This document shows, piece by piece, positions 46,630-60,960 of a stretch of 64,000 bases of DNA. The stretch is from assembly GCF_009914755.1 (NCBI RefSeq), contig NC_060947.1. One strand, 5' to 3'. Positions within the stretch are counted from its first letter, which is position 1; each line of letters opens with the position of its first letter. The DNA is from the human T2T-CHM13v2.0 reference genome, Homo sapiens. The position numbers were made by a program, and so were the translations under genes. Under the pieces are notes generated by a model, which had not been told where the DNA came from, ran no database searches, and saw only the letters and a program-made list of their open reading frames with translations.

Positions 46630-46860
46630 GTTAAGAGAATTCTAGAGTCAGACTGAGTTTCTTTTTTAGCTGCTCTGGTTACTTTAGGCAACAACCACAC
46701 TAAACCTCAGCTTCTTTGTATGTAAATGAAGATAACAGTAGTACCTATCTCATAACACTGTTGTGAAGATTGGATGACGAATGCATGCAAAATGTATAGA
46801 GCAGTACCTAGCACATAGTACGCGCTCAATTAAGGCTATTTTCTTTATTGTTATTCTTAA
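46630..46860 (+). mobile_element. MIR
   Basis: AAACCTCAGCTTC...GTAAAATGAAGATAA...GTTGTGAAGATT...CCTAGCACATAGTA. Confidence 0.75.
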
Positions 46861-48694
46861 CATTAACAAATGCTTGCCGGCAACGGTTGACAAAAAATTA
46901 CAATGTGAGTTACTGGGAGTGAGGAAGGCAAGCAGACCACAGGGTCAGTGGAGTCCAAACAAGGTTAGTGGCGCGTCAGGATGTTTGTACGTCCGAATTC
47001 CTAGTGCCATGTGACTCTGTGAGGGCCCAAGCACATGGTTCCATCCGGGCGGCGCAGCTTCTCTAACTCTCAGTCAGCTATTCTCAGCAGCCTGTAGGGG
47101 GAGCCAAAAAGCTAGGACGGGGGCTGGTGCTTGGGTGGGGGGCGGGCGGGTGGGGGGTGGAGGCTGCTGGAAATATTCCTAAGGGCAAACACCGACACCC
47201 CACCACTACTATCTTAGCCCACCGCCTTGCCCCGTCCAGGACGCTCTCCAAACTCAGTCTTCCTCAGCAGCTAAGCTGGGAGCTGTCCTTCAGCACCAAG
47301 GGCCGCCTTGTCCTCGGGCAGGACGGTGAGGGCGAAGGTGGAGTTAGGGACACTGGACTGGTCCGATCCGCAGCCGGCTCGAGCGTCTTCCAGTCACGGG
47401 GACGGCGGAGGCGACCCAGAGAGGCAGCAAGCAGCTACGAGATGCCTGCTGCTCCTTGCCTCCAAGAATCACCCTCAGAAGTCCCCTAGCCCTCGGGGGA
47501 GTGAGGGACGGCCATGGAGAGGAAGGCGGGCGCCCGGGTTAGTGGGGGAGGGGGAGCGCCGAGGCCTGGGACTCAGCGTGTGGCATGTGCACGCGGGCAG
47601 CGGGCGGATGAACGGAGGCGCTGAAGTGAATGGAGTTGGGGGTGGACTGGAAACATCCCCAAACAGCACCGGCTGCGGCCGGCGGGGGCTGGGGCGGGGT
47701 GGGGTGGGGGGAGTCCTGAGGCGCAGGCGCAGTCGGGGCACCAGTCCCGCTCCCTCCTCCTCTCCGTGCCTCTTTCTCCGCCCTGCTCCCCGCCAAACAC
47801 ACTTGCACAGGGGCTCTCAAGGTGTTCTCCGCACAGCGGAAGATGGCGACAGACTGAGGGTGCATGGCCAGCGGGAGCCACGGGGCCGTGCCGCTGGGCT
47901 GCAGCCACAGCGGTGCGAACGAGAGGCGGAAGCGAGAGGCGCACTAAGTAAAGCCCGGTGTCTGCGTCCGGCGCCTGTGGCGCTGCCGGGAGCCAGGTGG
48001 CCCGCCCGAGCCGGAACTCCAGGAGCAGCGGGTGCGGAGCCAGAGCGGAGCCCGCCAGGGACTGGCCCCGGCGAACACCCGGAGCGCGAACGAAGCCCGA
48101 AGGGCCCGGCAACGGACCGGCCGGCCGGCCTAGGAGGGCGCGAGCGAGGCAGGGAGCGGCGTGGAGCGGGCAGCGGGCGGACGGGCGGGAGCGGAGCGGC
48201 GCGGGGCGAGGGGAGCGGAGCGGAGCGCGGCGGCGGGGCCCGCACGGCGGCGCTGAGGGGCGCAGAGCTGCGCCGAACCGAGACGGCCGGTTTGGAGTGC
48301 GAGCCGGGCGGCCGCCGGCGCGGAGTGAAGTGGCACGGAGCCGAGGGCAGCTGAGGGGCCCGACACTATGAGGAGTGCGGCGCCGCCGCCGCAGCCGCCA
48401 CCGCCCCAGTGCCCCGCACCGCCCCCAGCCGGGACGCCGGGCAGCGCCTAGCGGGCCGGGCGGCGGCGCCCGGGCTGAGAGCGACGGAGCGCGGGAGCGG
48501 CGCGGAGACGGCACCAGAGCGCCCCGCGACTCCGGCCTGAGCGGGGCATCGGGCCGGCCGGCCTGCCTCACCATGCAGCCCCCGAGGTAGAGCCTGGACG
48601 GCGCCGAGGAGCGCAGAGCGGCGCGCAGCCCGCCCGCCCCAGACGGCCGTCTGGCCTCGCGCCTGCCTGTTCCCTCCAGCCCGGACCCCCCTGA

Positions 48695-49765
<1,071 letters not shown>

Positions 49766-51399
49766 TAATTCCGGGTTTGGGCACCTTAGGCCTGGGGCTT
49801 CCTGGCGCCCTGCTCCCTCATGAGTGGGGAGGGGCCGCAGGGCCCTGGGCTGACAATGAGGTGGCAGGAGGGATTGTGCTCCCCCCAGCCTCCATCCTCA
49901 GCCAGCCATGCCCCTCTCCTTTCAGAGGCTGGAACTGAACGTCCTGGGACTGGCTGGTGCAGGGGGAAGGCCAAAGATGGGAGGAAGAATATTTGGCAAC
50001 CAAACCCTCACCCTTTGGCTTCTGCCAGTGGGTGAGAGGACGAGCACTCCTGGTGGTGGGGCACACCACACACTTGACCTTATGTGACCTGAGGTGACTG
50101 GCCAGAGCCGAGGCAGGTCGAGCCCAGGGGCTGCCTGTCTTCTCCCAAGGAAGTCACCTGCAGGCTCTTCTCCCCTGACAAAGGAAGGAGCTGGGAACAG
50201 GGAACAGCGACTGGTGGGAAGGCCACTGAAGGTTAGTGCATTCTCATACAAAACTCCCAGTGCCTTCCCAGCACCCCATGGTGACAGTGGGGGGAACACT
50301 GGCTTTCTAGCTGCTGGGGATAGGTATCCAGAGGAGAGGTGAGGCAGCTGCAGACCGGCCCGCCTAGGGAAGAGCTGAGTGTTAAGAAACTTCTTGACCC
50401 TCGGCGGGGTTGCTCTGGACAGTTAGGTGGGTGAGGGCTGCAAACATTTGGGACTTGATGGTACTGCCCTGCTCGCCCAGCCTGGCCAGGTGACCTGCCT
50501 TTGGGAGGAAAGAGAACAGCAAGGTCAAAGGGTCAGATGACAAGGAGACCAGGAGGGGTGGTGGCCTCACACATCCTCGAGCTGGGGCCAAGAGCTGGAG
50601 AGTGAGACAGTTGCTTTCTAGCCTAGCTCGTGTCCCTCCAAGACTTTGGGGAGGGGCAGAAAGTGCCATTTTCCATCCAGCATGGCCCTTGTGGACTTCT
50701 GCAGGGCTTCCATGCTTTTAGCGGGTTCCCTAGGGATTGGGGCAGAGGGTTGGGAAGGAAAAGGGTAGTTCCTCGCTCCTGACTTCACTTTCTCCTTCTC
50801 CTTTTTCCTGCTCTCGTAACCTAGCAGTCTCCCTCCCGCCTCCCTCAGCCTCAGCTGACTCACTGCCTCACTCACACTACCAAATGAGATATTCCACTTC
50901 TTAAAGGTATACAGACAGATAGACACACACACTGCCATACACCATCACCACCACCCCGGGCAAAGTCACATAGGCATGCAGAGAGGTCGTCACACCCACA
51001 AACAGTGTCATTAGAAGCAGATGCCGTGTCACACACACGCACATCTCCCCATGGTATCAGAGACACGCAGGCAGAAGTACTGTCACATGAAGAAGGGCAC
51101 ATTTTGTCTTACAGAGACACATACCCTCGATGTCAGCCACGGACACATACACTCAGTGGGAGCAGAGAGACAGGGTCCACAAGCAGATGGAATCAAGGAT
51201 GTCTGTTTTTTGTGGCCCTCCCTTCAACCCCATGGCCCTGTTTTTTGTTTGTTTGTTTTGTTTTTTTCCTCAATCACCAGTATGAATGAGAGGCATGCCA
51301 CAACTTCCCCATGGGGTTTTCTCCGTGTTGTAGTTGACTCCGATTTCTGTCTGGACCTGAACTAAATACAAATCTCTCATGTTGATTGTTTTTACCAAG

Positions 51400-51830
51400 C
51401 AGTGTGACGTAGGAGAAATACATCTGATCTCTCCAGTTCAGGAGGCCTTATCACCTCTACTTCTTGTTAGTGGTATGACCTTGGGCAAGTCACTTCACTT
51501 CTGTAAGCTTTCATTTCCTCATTTGTAAAACAGGGATCATCATCCTTGCTCTGCCCACATCCTGGGTCTTTTGTGGGAAGAAGGTGCAGATGTATTTTGT
51601 AATAAGAATATAACATCTGACATTAATGTAATGCTTAAGGTTTTTCCGCCCCTCTCGTGTGTGTTATGAGATCAAGGAGGCTGGTGATACTAGCACCACT
51701 ACTCCCATTTTACAGATGAGGAAACTCAGGTGCAAGGGGATCAAATGGTTTGCCCTAAGGTCACTCAGCTAATGAGCAGGAGTGCCAGGACTCCAGCCCA
51801 CGTGTTTTGGTGCCAACCTCGTGCTTTTGC
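51400..51830. mobile_element. Two MIRs in opposite orientation
   Basis: TGACCTTGGGCAAGTCACTTCAC (+) and CCCATTTTACAGATGAGGAAACT (-). Confidence 0.8.
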
Positions 51831-54359
51831 CATGGCCTCACATCAAGTTCCTGATGGCCCTCCCTCCTCTCCTTTGTCTTCTTGTCTGTCTCTCTCCAGC
51901 AAACCAGCGAACTCCTCCTGTGCTCTCGCTGCCTGCTGTGCCGGCAGAAGGGCAGTGCCAGCTCCATAGCTCTCTTCCGGCCTTTCCCACCCTTGTCCAA
52001 TGCTCTCTCCCTCAACTGAGGCCAGACCCACCTGGCTCTCGAATCCAGCTGTATGATGGGCACGAAGGGAAAAGACAGCCCTGCTACCCTACTTGGACTG
52101 TAGGCTCCTCTCTCCTCAGCCCCTCACCCCACCTCCCTGGCAGGCCTTACTTGCCATTCCCAAACCCCGTTCCTGGGCTCCAAGCCCTCCTGTCTGGTCC
52201 CCACCCCAAATGGGATCCCTGCGAGATGACGCCCCACCCTCAGAGCTTCTCCTGAGTGGAGAGACCACAGCCCCAGGCCAAGATGAAGAGGCTTTCTTAC
52301 TTCTAGAAACCAAGCTGGGAACCTCTGTTTCAGAGCCAGGTGACCCCCTGTCCCCAGGACCCTGTACTGAGTGCATCAGTTAGCTCTTCCCTGGGTGGCC
52401 CCAGAAACCCTGTTCTCTGCCTTTGCAATATCTGCCCCCGTTTCAGGCCACACAGGGCCCCACGAATCATACCTGTCCTCGCTGCTGCCTGTGACACCTC
52501 CCAATTTAGTACCAGCTGCAACATTTCCTTAATGTGCAACTGACTTCCTCTCACACAGCAGGGCAATGTAACTTAGGTAGGCCGATGCCCTTCCCCGCCC
52601 TGGCCTCTCCCAACTCCCAGGGTCATGCCTCACCTCTCTCTTAGCTTCCTGTGCATCCCCACAAGCCCTATTTCCTCCAACCCCCACCCCACTCTCTTGG
52701 CCATAGCTAGGGTTACTGGACAACTACCACACTCCCCCATGGCTCTCCATCCTCCCAGTTCTGCCACACTCCTGCCTTTCTGATTGCCTCTTCCCCCACC
52801 TCTGTCTCTTTCCTACTCTCTCTTCAGAACATTCAGACTAGGGGGAGTGATGGAGATGGGGGCAAAATCCTGGCTTCTTCTCTCATAGCTGTTGATCTGA
52901 GGGGAAATAGAGGCCCAAGGGAGGGGCAGTTCTTAGCTCTCTCACCAGCCATAGGGTTGCATTAGTAAAGATGAGTGCCAGGGAAGGATGTGATAGTTCT
53001 GCTCTATTCCAGACTGACCCAAACCCACCTGGCAGACAGTGTGTTTGATTTTGGGTCTCACACTGACTGGGCTGAGAGGGAGGCAGGAACCCATGTTCTT
53101 CTGGAGAGAGTTGAAGGAGGTGTTTCACCTGGAGAAGAGGTGACTCGGGCAGATATGCTGTCTGACTTCACACCTCAGAATAGTTGACATGGTATAAATG
53201 AAAAAGCATGACCTGCGTGGCCCCAAAGGGCTTTTATAGTTAGAAAGTTCTAGGTTAAAACCTAGTTCTTTTATTTATTACCTGTGTAACCTTGAGCTAA
53301 GGACGTCAACTCTCTGAGCCTCACTTTTCTCACCTGTAAAATGGGGCTAATTCATCGTAACAGTCCTGTGAGGTCATTATTAATGAGAAGAGTCTTTACA
53401 GTACCCAGACCTGCCATATCAGAGTTGCTCAGTTTCTTCCTTTCAAAAAAGGAACAGACTGCCTTAGGAGGAAGTGAGCTCCTGCTCCCAGGAAGTGTCT
53501 GGCCCGATACAGGTGGACCCTTGGGGAAAATGCCGTGGAGGCAATTCTAACACCAGATTATGAGCAGAGTTGGACCAGGTGACCTTTGAGGTATATTTCA
53601 GCCTGGATTTTAGGCCTGTGAGCAAAGCTTGCTCATTGAACAGCAGCACTGGATGGGGAGGGCTGGGGAAGGAGGTTGGTCCTAACGCCCACACAAAGAG
53701 AGGGGGTGGGGGGCTGCCAGAGCCAGCGCCTTGCCTTCTGCCCGTACCCGCTGGGGCCCTGCTCTTCCTCCACTCCGGCTGGCAGCTGTTTCTGCCTCAC
53801 TGCCTTCCTCTCTCCTCCCACCTGCCACAGCTTTCCTGCCAAGCAGGACTCCTTGCTAACACTGGGTATGAGGGGTGCTGAGAGCAGGGAGCTCAGGGCA
53901 CTGGGTAAAGGACAGGAGCCCCAAGTTGGCCAGTGGTGTCTGTTTTCATCACACAGCTTGCAGTCAGGAAGCAGTGCCCCACAGGCAGCCTCCCTGACCC
54001 AGGGCTCTTAGAGCCAGAGAGGTACCCTGGTCCCTGTTTGGGGGTAGAGGAAGGGGCAGGCTGTCTATAAACAGCCTCCCGGGAGCCATGGCAAAGCCTG
54101 CCCTTGGGGAGGGGCCTCCAGATCCACAGAAGCTCATCTCTTCACCAAGGAATGTGAGCATGGGGTTCTGGGAAGGAGCAGGAGCCAGGAATCCTGGAGC
54201 AGGCAGAGAGAGGAGGCAATGTTTATAGTGAGGACAAGTGAGGACCCACCAACATCCTTTGTTCAGTGTCCCAGTCTCTTGTCCTTGGACCCAATCAAGG
54301 ACAATCACTGTTACCTTCCTGGAATAGCACACAGTGAATTAAGACTGGGAGTGGGAAAG

Positions 54360-54890
54360 TGGTCACTCCCACCCTGACCTGCCCCCACTCCAACCTCCAT
54401 GTTCTTCCCACGTTAGCTCACACCCAACATGCCTATCCACTTTCCAATGACCCTACAACCTTCCCAATCTTCTACTTATCACCCTACGCTCTTCCTAAGC
54501 CACACCCACACCTTACTCCCTCTACCTACAGTCCTCCAACCCCTGCCCCTCCTGACAGTTATCTCCACCCCCTTCCACCTCAACTCTGGACCTCACTCCC
54601 CACCTCTTTCCTCTCAACAGTCAGCCCCTCACATTCCACATTACTCCCCCTATTCCCATCTCCCACCTGACACCCCTCCCAAACCTTTACTCCAAGATCC
54701 CACACCCTCTTCTGGCCTGCATGCCCCTTGGGCCTTGCATCACTCACACCCCACTCACACTTTACCTCCCTTCTCCCCATCCTTTTTCTTGCTCTCTTTC
54801 ATCTTCTGGTCCTCTCTTCCACCCTCTTTCCTCCTGCCTCCCCCTCTCCCTCTCTGCTCTCTTTCTCCCACTTCCCTTCTCTCGTTACCA
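54360..54890 (+). repeat. C/T-rich low-complexity tract
   Basis: ~530 bp strongly depleted of G on the top strand. Confidence 0.8.
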
Positions 54891-56009
54891 TTCAGGGTAG
54901 ACATGTACATGTGTGCATGCACACACAGACACACATTCATACAGACACACATCCCCCGGTCTTCTTCATGGCTACTTCCCATCCTTCCCGCAGGCTGGTG
55001 CCTGACTACTACAGTCACCATAGCAACGGGAACCTCCAGGAAGGATACACTGGTATCTCCTGAAGGTGGGGGTTGGGGGAGTTAGGTGGAGAAAGGGAGC
55101 CTAACAGCCTCCCACCCAATACCATGGTCTGGCAGGAAGAGTCTGCTGAACATGGTGAAGGTGGGAGTGAGGAAAGGGAAGACAGTGGGTGGAACCAAGA
55201 TCAAAGGAGGGTCAAGAATCTCCCAACACATCGTAAGCATGCGAGGGTGCTTCTAAGCCATGCGGATGCATGTTGGTCCCCTCTGGATGTGTCAGTACCC
55301 TAAGGAAAGGGTATACTCACTTTTTTACATGTGGGTAGGGACATAGGCTGAACCTCAGACTCAGGGGCGGGAGTGTGCCTTAGAAAAACTCCTTTGGGGC
55401 AGTTATTCTGTGCCCCCACCCTCTGAGGCAGTTTACCTTCTGTGTGCCCATACAGACTGGGCATCAAACCTGCCCTCCCCAGCTCATTTCTCAGCCACAT
55501 GTGGATTCCAGCTGCCAGTGTTAGCTGAAAGCCAGGGGTGGCCCCTGCTTCTGGGGATCTGGACAAATCTGGACCCCTACAAGCACCATTCTCCGATGCT
55601 GGCCTGGTAGGTCTCTGGGGAATGGGTATGTTTGCGTTTTGTGTGATTACAGGCACACAGACCAGAGTGTGTGCAAGAGGCCAGGGATGCTGGACCAGCC
55701 TTTTCTCCCTGGGCATAAAAGTGGGCTCAGTAACGCCTGAATTTTTGATACTGTTAGCCAGATAGGTGCTTAGAGGGGAGGGCAAGGGCACCAGGCGAGC
55801 TGCAGCTGGCTCTGGAGAGGGAAGGAGTTACTATGGAGTGACAGGGACTGCCAGGGCCAAAGCTCCTGCTCGAATGCATTCTGGAGAAAGGAGCTGGAAC
55901 CTGAGCCACAAGTCTGTGCACCAGAAGATGAGGCCAACTGGCTGCAAAGACGAAAGGGCTAAGAAAGGGGAAGGAAAGAAGAAAATTGCGAGTCTTTGAG
56001 TGCCTAGGA

Positions 56010-56190
56010 GATGCCAGGGGCTTTATATATGTTCATGAACTCATTTAATCCTGGCAGTCATCCTAGCAGGCAGGCACTATCATGATTCCCATTTTACACA
56101 TGAGACAACTGAGGCTCAGTGAGGTGAAATGACCTACCCAGGCCACATAGCAAAAGGACTGGCATACAAACCTAGGTCTGTCTGTTCTTT
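56010..56190 (-). mobile_element. MIR
   Basis: CCCATTTTACACATGAGACAACTGAGGCTCAG. Confidence 0.8.
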
Positions 56191-57149
56191 CTCCAGTGCA
56201 CAGATGCATGAAGAAAATGCTAATAATCTCCTCCAACTGTAAGAGGTAGTGCCCAGCTGGCTACTGAGAGGCTGGGCTGAGAAGCTGGGCCGACTGGAAG
56301 GGAGGCCCAACAGAGCCTATTGGTAGCTTAGAGGTCCTCTGGAGTGGCCCAGATCCAAAACGAGGACCCACCAACATCCTCTTTGTTCAACGTCCCAGTC
56401 TCTTGTCCTTGGACCCAGTGACAATCACTGTTACCTTCCTGGAATAGCAACAAGAGAATGGGCACAGGGAAGGAACTGCAAAGGAGATGGGAGGACCTGG
56501 GCTCCTCTCGCCTGGAGGGAAGGTATCTCTGTTATATTCTCAGCCCCAATCTGCTGGAGGGATCAAGCAGAGCACGAGGGGAGAAGGTGCAGAACATTAA
56601 CCTAAGTTAGTCCCTAAGCAGGCCTAATGCAGACCTGAGACCCTGGCCTCCACATCCACTACACCTCAACATGTGCAGTTTCTCCATATCCTTGCACATG
56701 CTGGTAGAGCTGGAAGGGAAAACGACTGCAGTAAGACTTTGTTGCCCCAGAGTCCGCTGAGGCCTGGCCTGGGCTTTGGATGCCCAGTTCCCATGCAAGG
56801 GTTTTGGTGAGCCCCTAAACTTGAACACCTAGGCTTTTCTTGGGGATTGAAGGAAGTGCCAGTCCACCAAGTTCTGCCAGAAGAGGGGCATTTGGTGGTG
56901 ATGGGTGTTACCAATGTTCCCTGTCTTATTTGGTTTTAAGAAGATAGCATGGCTACCTGGCTGATCTGTGAAAGGTGAGCTTGTCTGTTTAGTGTTGAAC
57001 TCATTAAAACTTCCAACTAAGTTAATCTCTTAGAATTATTATAGTCTCAGAATCTTATAATAATATCTTTTTTTCCAGTTAACCAAAAAGGCCTTTGAGA
57101 AATTTTGGAAAGTAGAAGTATAAAAGGAAAAAAGTCCCAGAGCACTTAG

Positions 57150-58245
<1,096 letters not shown>

Positions 58246-58249
58246 TATA

Positions 58250-59200
58250 TTTTTACATAGTTGAAATCATACTGTTTTTTACCCTGCTCTTTTAAACTTG
58301 TTACACTATCTCTTCATGTAATTAAATATTCATAAACATCATTCTTGATGAGTGTACAATATTCCATCACATGAATGTAATGTAATTTATTTAACTAGTC
58401 CCCTATTGACATTTATGTTACTTCCAACATTTTGCTATTATAAATAATACTGTGATGATATTCTTTGTTCATAAGTCTGTTTCAGAACGATTCTTTTTTA
58501 CGAATAAATGCTATCTCAGTCATTTTTTCTTACTTATCTACTTTGCTGAGTTTTTAAAATCACAAAATAATGCATGCTGTTTGTACCAAATCTAACAATA
58601 CAGCGGTTTATAAAGAAAACATTAATGTTCCTCCTATTAGCTCCCCTCCCAATCCCACTGCCTGAGGTCCCTGATGTTAACAATATGTAGTGTGTTCTCC
58701 TGCCCCTCTGTGCAGGCTTACATAAACGTCTACACACAAAATGACTTTTTCTTTCCTTTTGCATACAAATGGGAGCATAGACATTAATTCTGCAAGGTGA
58801 AGTTTCAGAGCTAGATGTACAGAATCAAAGAGTATTAACCTTTTTGAGGCTCTTGACATACATTACCAACTTTCTTTCAAATTACTGGGTTATTCTAGTT
58901 TATACCCTCACCAAAAGTGTGAGACTAATATGCAGCACACTTTTCCAGTATTGGCTATCACATCTTTAAAGCTTTACTAATTTGGTAGTTGAAAAATGGT
59001 ACAACATTGGCTTTTCATTTTCATTCCTTAGGTCAGACATTTGTTTTTCTTGTTTATAGGCCATTTGTCTTGCCTGCTTTGTGAATTATCTTTTCATGTT
59101 TTGTGTTTTCCTTACTGACTCGTACATGCTTTTTTGTATGTATTAATGATATTAACCTTTTTCTAATCACATTTGTGGCAGATTTTTTTCATTTGTTATT
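58250..59200 (-). mobile_element. Old L1ME fragments
   Basis: Decayed L1 3' antisense motifs (TTTGCTATTATAAATAATACTGTGATGA; GTTTATAGGCCATTTG). Confidence 0.55.
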
Positions 59201-59239
59201 TGCACCATAGAGCTGAAAGGAGGGAATGGAAAGGAAGAG

Positions 59240-59850
59240 AACTATTCCACACACTTTGTGTCCTTTATCTTACTTAATTCTTGCATCTTCCTTATGAAGT
59301 ACATGATATTATTCCCATTTTACAGAGGAGAAGACTGGCTCAGAGAGGTTAAATGGCTAGCTTAAGCTCATCCAGCTAGTAAGAGTTGGAGCTGGGATTT
59401 GAATGGCAGCAGACAATGGTACCACCCAGTCTTTGCTGGTGTAATTATACTATCGGTAAAGCTTTGTGTGGTAAAGCTTTGTGCTAGTTGCTTAACAGGC
59501 ATAATTTACTGAAAAGTAAGGGTAGGTACTTTTATTATCTCCATTTTACAGATGAGGAAAGTGTGGATCAGGGAAGTCCAGTAACTTGCCTGGGGTTTTA
59601 TAACCAGTATGAGCAAACCTAGGGTTTGGACTGCATGACTGAGTTTAAAGATGTTTGACCCTGTCTTCCCACTGTATTTGATTACTCCCTAGGCATCAAC
59701 TTCTTGGATCCAAATTGAGGCCCAGGAAGGAAAAGTGCCTTTCTCACAGTCACCAGAAAGTTAGTGGCTGAGTCCCTGTCTCCCTACAGGTGGTGACTTG
59801 TCCAAATTCACACAGTTGGTGGCAGAGCCAGAATCTGAAGCCAGCTCTAA
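59240..59850 (-). mobile_element. Cluster of MIRs
   Basis: Repeated CCATTTTACAGA(G/T)GAG cores. Confidence 0.75.
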
Positions 59851-60499
59851 CTCTCTATCTAACTGGAGCAGGGGCTTCTCGATGAAGAGAATTTGTGGAA
59901 TATGCTGGGGAGAAGGAGTTGGGGAGAAAGTGGAGTGCATAGATACCCTGAGACTTTTCTGAAGGAATGGACTCTGGCATTGGAGTCTTCCAGGGCAAGG
60001 CTACTCTAGAAGCCCCCAGATGGTAGGACCTGGGACAGGAGAACTCATGTTCTGAGGCAAGAAAATCTTTCTTCTGGAGACATTTGCCTTCCCTTCACCA
60101 ACTGCTAAAGATTAAAACAGGAATAGTGAGCCTTTGGCCCTGGGTAGGAAGCTGATGGGCGCAGAAGAAGCAAAGCAGTGTTTGCCTCTTTTTAACACCT
60201 CCATCTCTCAGGGTGTGTGTGTGTGCGTTTGTGTGTGTGTTGAGGAGAGAGAGAAAGGAATACTTTGATTGTGGAATGGAAATGATCATTTGTAGCACCT
60301 AATATCCAAATGCTATTCCCCCACATCTACTTACAAAGAAAACTTTACTCATGTGGAGAATGGACTACGTAGACTGATTTTAGAGTCACGCCTCCCATCC
60401 AGACATACAAATCTCTCCCTAATTTGATGTGAAATTATGTCAGAATGAGATTTGAGTCCACTGGCTTCAGTGGTTGTAGTGAATTGAAGGGACCATCCC

Positions 60500-60960
60500 A
60501 AGGGCAATATGAGTATAAGAGTTTAGACACCGAAGTCCAGATTAACCTGACTTCAAATTTCAGTTCGAAATCTGTCTTCTCTGTGGAATAGCTGTTGAGA
60601 ACTTGAACATGTTCTTTAATCTCTATTGGCATCTCATTTTCCTCACCTTTGGAACTAAAAAATAGGGTCATTATGAGGCTTAAATAACATGAAGCATGCT
60701 AATCTCTTAAGAGCACAGTGCCTGCGAGATGGAAAGTGCTCAAGACATGCTAGCCCCCATTGTTATTATTATTATTGGCTGTGGACCTTGGACAAGTTAT
60801 TTAAACTCTTTGGTCCTCCCTGTCCTCATCTGTAAAGATCTGTCTCTACCTCAAGGGATAGTTGTGAGGTCTCAGTGAGTTAATAAATGTCTGGGTCAGG
60901 TGATTAGAACAGAGCCTGGCATATAGTAAGCACTTAATAAATGGTAGCTATTATTATTCT
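60500..60960 (+). mobile_element. Two tandem MIRs
   Basis: GACCTTGGACAAGTTATTTAA...CCTCATCTGTAAA; CCTGGCATATAGTAAGCACTTAATAAATG. Confidence 0.75.

Noticed and set aside
47308-48354. 348-aa sense ORF upstream of NALF2
   Set aside because: Non-ATG start and low-complexity CpG-island sequence; probably begins upstream of the TSS
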